The notes beneath the pieces were generated by a model. It was given only the letters and a program-made list of their open reading frames with translations, was not told where the DNA came from and made no database searches. A program made the translations under genes and the position numbers. A stretch of 63,299 bases of DNA, counting the filler, from Catajapyx aquilonaris (taxonomy: Eukaryota): assembly GCA_000934665.2 (NCBI GenBank). It is 4 parts of 4 records of this genome, joined end to end, with 100 filler letters (N's around TTAATTAATTAA, not from the genome) between each part and the next. Parts side by side here need not be neighbours in the genome. Positions count along the whole stretch, not along the records: positions 47,541 to 63,299 come from KZ539683.1; 3 more parts are not named here. One strand, 5' to 3'. Below are positions 60,901-63,299 of this stretch, piece after piece (position 1 is the stretch's first letter; every line of letters begins with the position of its first letter).

Positions 60901-63299
60901 TGCACTAAATGATTATGGACTTATTCAGGAGGCAAAACCGAATATTGCGAGGAGTCATTCACACTACACGTACCGGTACGCATACAATAAATCAGTAATT
61001 ATGCCCAAATTAATACCAATTACGACCACGCCATTACACCGGTCTGCGGCCTGGGTATTCTCAACCCAACAATACTGATTGATGAGTGCTTTTTNCCACC
61101 AAAATGTTATGCTGCTGCAGTATACCTTATAATGTGACGGTACTCCCGCGCACAGCATTATGAAACGAGGCGCTCGGTGAAGCGTTTGACTTGTGTCACG
61201 ACGTCGACGATTGATGAATCTTCAAAACGCGATGGCCAGTTTATCACTCTCTTGTGCCTCCGCCGTACTCAATTGATTTATCGAATCCGCCCCAATAAAT
61301 TACGGGCCCGGTTACAAACTTGTCAAGGCGTAAACCGCACGAAAAAAAATGCTGGAAGCTGCACCATGAATAACCCCTGTAAAGTGACTGCAAAATATTT
61401 CCTCTCAAGTAAGAAGGTTCGACTATAGCAACATATCAGGACCATATAAATAATCACAGATTTTCTCACAGTTTCTGTTGTTACTACAAGCCTCTCAAAT
61501 TCCGTTTTTATGACTCGATGGCAATAATTCATCCCCCGAATCTTCTCTAGCAAGTCAAGAAGCACCCTGTGGATTCCCCTCCCTCCCCAGTTCAAATAAC
61601 CGCTTTCGGAGTTTTCCCTCACGGGCATAAATAATACAAATCGCGCAATCAAGCGGTGGACAGATGTCTGAGGGTGATTATGTCGCCGGGTATCGATTCT
61701 CCCCCACCTTCTCTCCTTCCCCAGGAGCAAGCAACCCAACGACCGAAAGACGACGACGACATCGCCCAAGAAAAGGGTCCTTGTCACGCACAGGGTCTCG
61801 AGGCATCTTCAGAAACCGTGCATGTATAGGAAAAGGAGAAGGAGGGAAGGTTAATGCAGCAGCAGGAATGATGATTATTTCATGAGGGCTCATTTCGGTG
61901 GTTCCCGGAGGCCACGTGGATAGAAAGGTAAAAGAGAGCTTGTTTCCATAAGAACATCGTTTCAAATAATATTTATCTAATTTGTTAATGGGTACAAAAT
62001 TGGCATATGAAATTGGTATATAATGGACAAACCAACAGTTAGCTGCTGCTTTGACCGCATTAGCTGCTAATATTATCACAAAGTTCATAGAGGGGTCAAG
62101 GAGAGTCACCTGAGGTTATATAATAAGCAATTGTCCATGATGCTGAGCCCCGGTCTAACTAGTGAAGTTACACCTTGTTGACCCGGTATGACTACGTCAT
62201 GCCAACGCGGGTATTAACCTTATTTTCCCAGAATAATAGTCCCCCTAGGGCCTTAATTATTTTACAATCCGGGCAATTTCAAACCCGTGTGTTTATAACG
62301 ATGTGGTACCCCCGGTCCATAGCGTAAATATTTGTTTATTTGGTTTAGGGTCTGTATTATATCACAATTAGTCCATTTTCATTGCAGGAATTCTGCGGTT
62401 GTGTAGATTTTTAACCGACCTTTTGACCTCTACGCCAACTACAATATTGAAGCTAACCAGCCATTTTTAATCAGTCAGTTTCCACAATAATCATTCCAGA
62501 ACGTTTCACTTGATATGCTCTTGGCTACAACGTACTTTCACATGCGAACTTTTTCAACAACCAGCTTTATATTTCAAACGAACCGACCAACCCCGTTCAT
62601 ATAACATCACCGCCACCACGCCCGGACGCGTTTGGAACCGCACTTCACAACCCAAATTCGATCTCGAATTACTGATTCTAATATTCAAGCGCCCCCCTCT
62701 TGCGCTTCTGACTCACCCTTTTGTTATTGACAATCCTCACATCTGAGGAGACACTTGCACTTTCAAGCCCCCCCCCCCCNNNNNNNNNNNNNNNNCCCCC
62801 CCCCCCTTCTCTCTCTCTCCTTATGCTCATCTCTCCGACACCCCAATAAAGCACAAGTCTCATTTTCTAGGTCCAAAGTGTATAACCGGTGTGTACTTTG
62901 GTTGGCAGCACCAGCCTGCAAATTCCTCGCAGATATTTGCACAGGAGGGGTTTGCTCGCTCTGTTTCGGTTCATCATCCCTGACTCGGGGGCGAAGGAAG
63001 AGGAAATGAAAGCGAAGCAAAACGATGGGAAGAACCCTCCCTAAAGCTTGCCAAGTAATCTCTACCCCCTATTTCATCTCTCTCACAAAAATTCCCCTAG
63101 CAAGGAGTCAAAGTGACCACACGATCCGGATATAACGATCCGAGAGAGCTGCAGTAATGAATGTACTGCACCTCGCTTTTTTTTTAACGGCCCTTTTTTT
63201 ATGTGGTAACGCAACGCCACTTTATTGTTCACTGTCGGCAGCCAGCATTTTAATTACACCCGACCGGCCTGGAAATTAGCTCCTATTCACTACGCAAAA

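Overview
Eukaryotic (metazoan, probably arthropod) draft-genome sequence, not prokaryotic. It consists of four pieces of ~15.7-15.8 kb joined by an artificial 100-nt linker (44 N + TTAATTAATTAA + 44 N at 15704-15803, 31636-31735 and 47441-47540), so adjacency across linkers probably has no biological meaning. Piece 1 (1-15703) is dense in nested MITEs, a non-autonomous Helitron, a V-domain SINE and local direct or inverted duplications. It ends in a 3-exon ankyrin-repeat gene with an SV40-like NLS. Piece 2 (15804-31635) has a tRNA-derived SINE, several satellites and foldbacks, and the first coding exon of a RasGRF gene. Piece 3 (31736-47440) has tRNA-Ala(TGC), a complete 5-exon pipe/HS2ST/UST-family sulfotransferase (minus strand, 365 aa), a divergently transcribed 3-exon secreted M28 metallopeptidase of YfbL-like type (444 aa), a probable first exon of an unknown gene, and a Helitron plus a foldback MITE. 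Piece 4 (47541-63299) has no recognisable gene. I see no CRISPR array or clearly novel system. The best leads are the intron-containing bacterial-type peptidase, the ankyrin-NLS protein and the transposon architectures.
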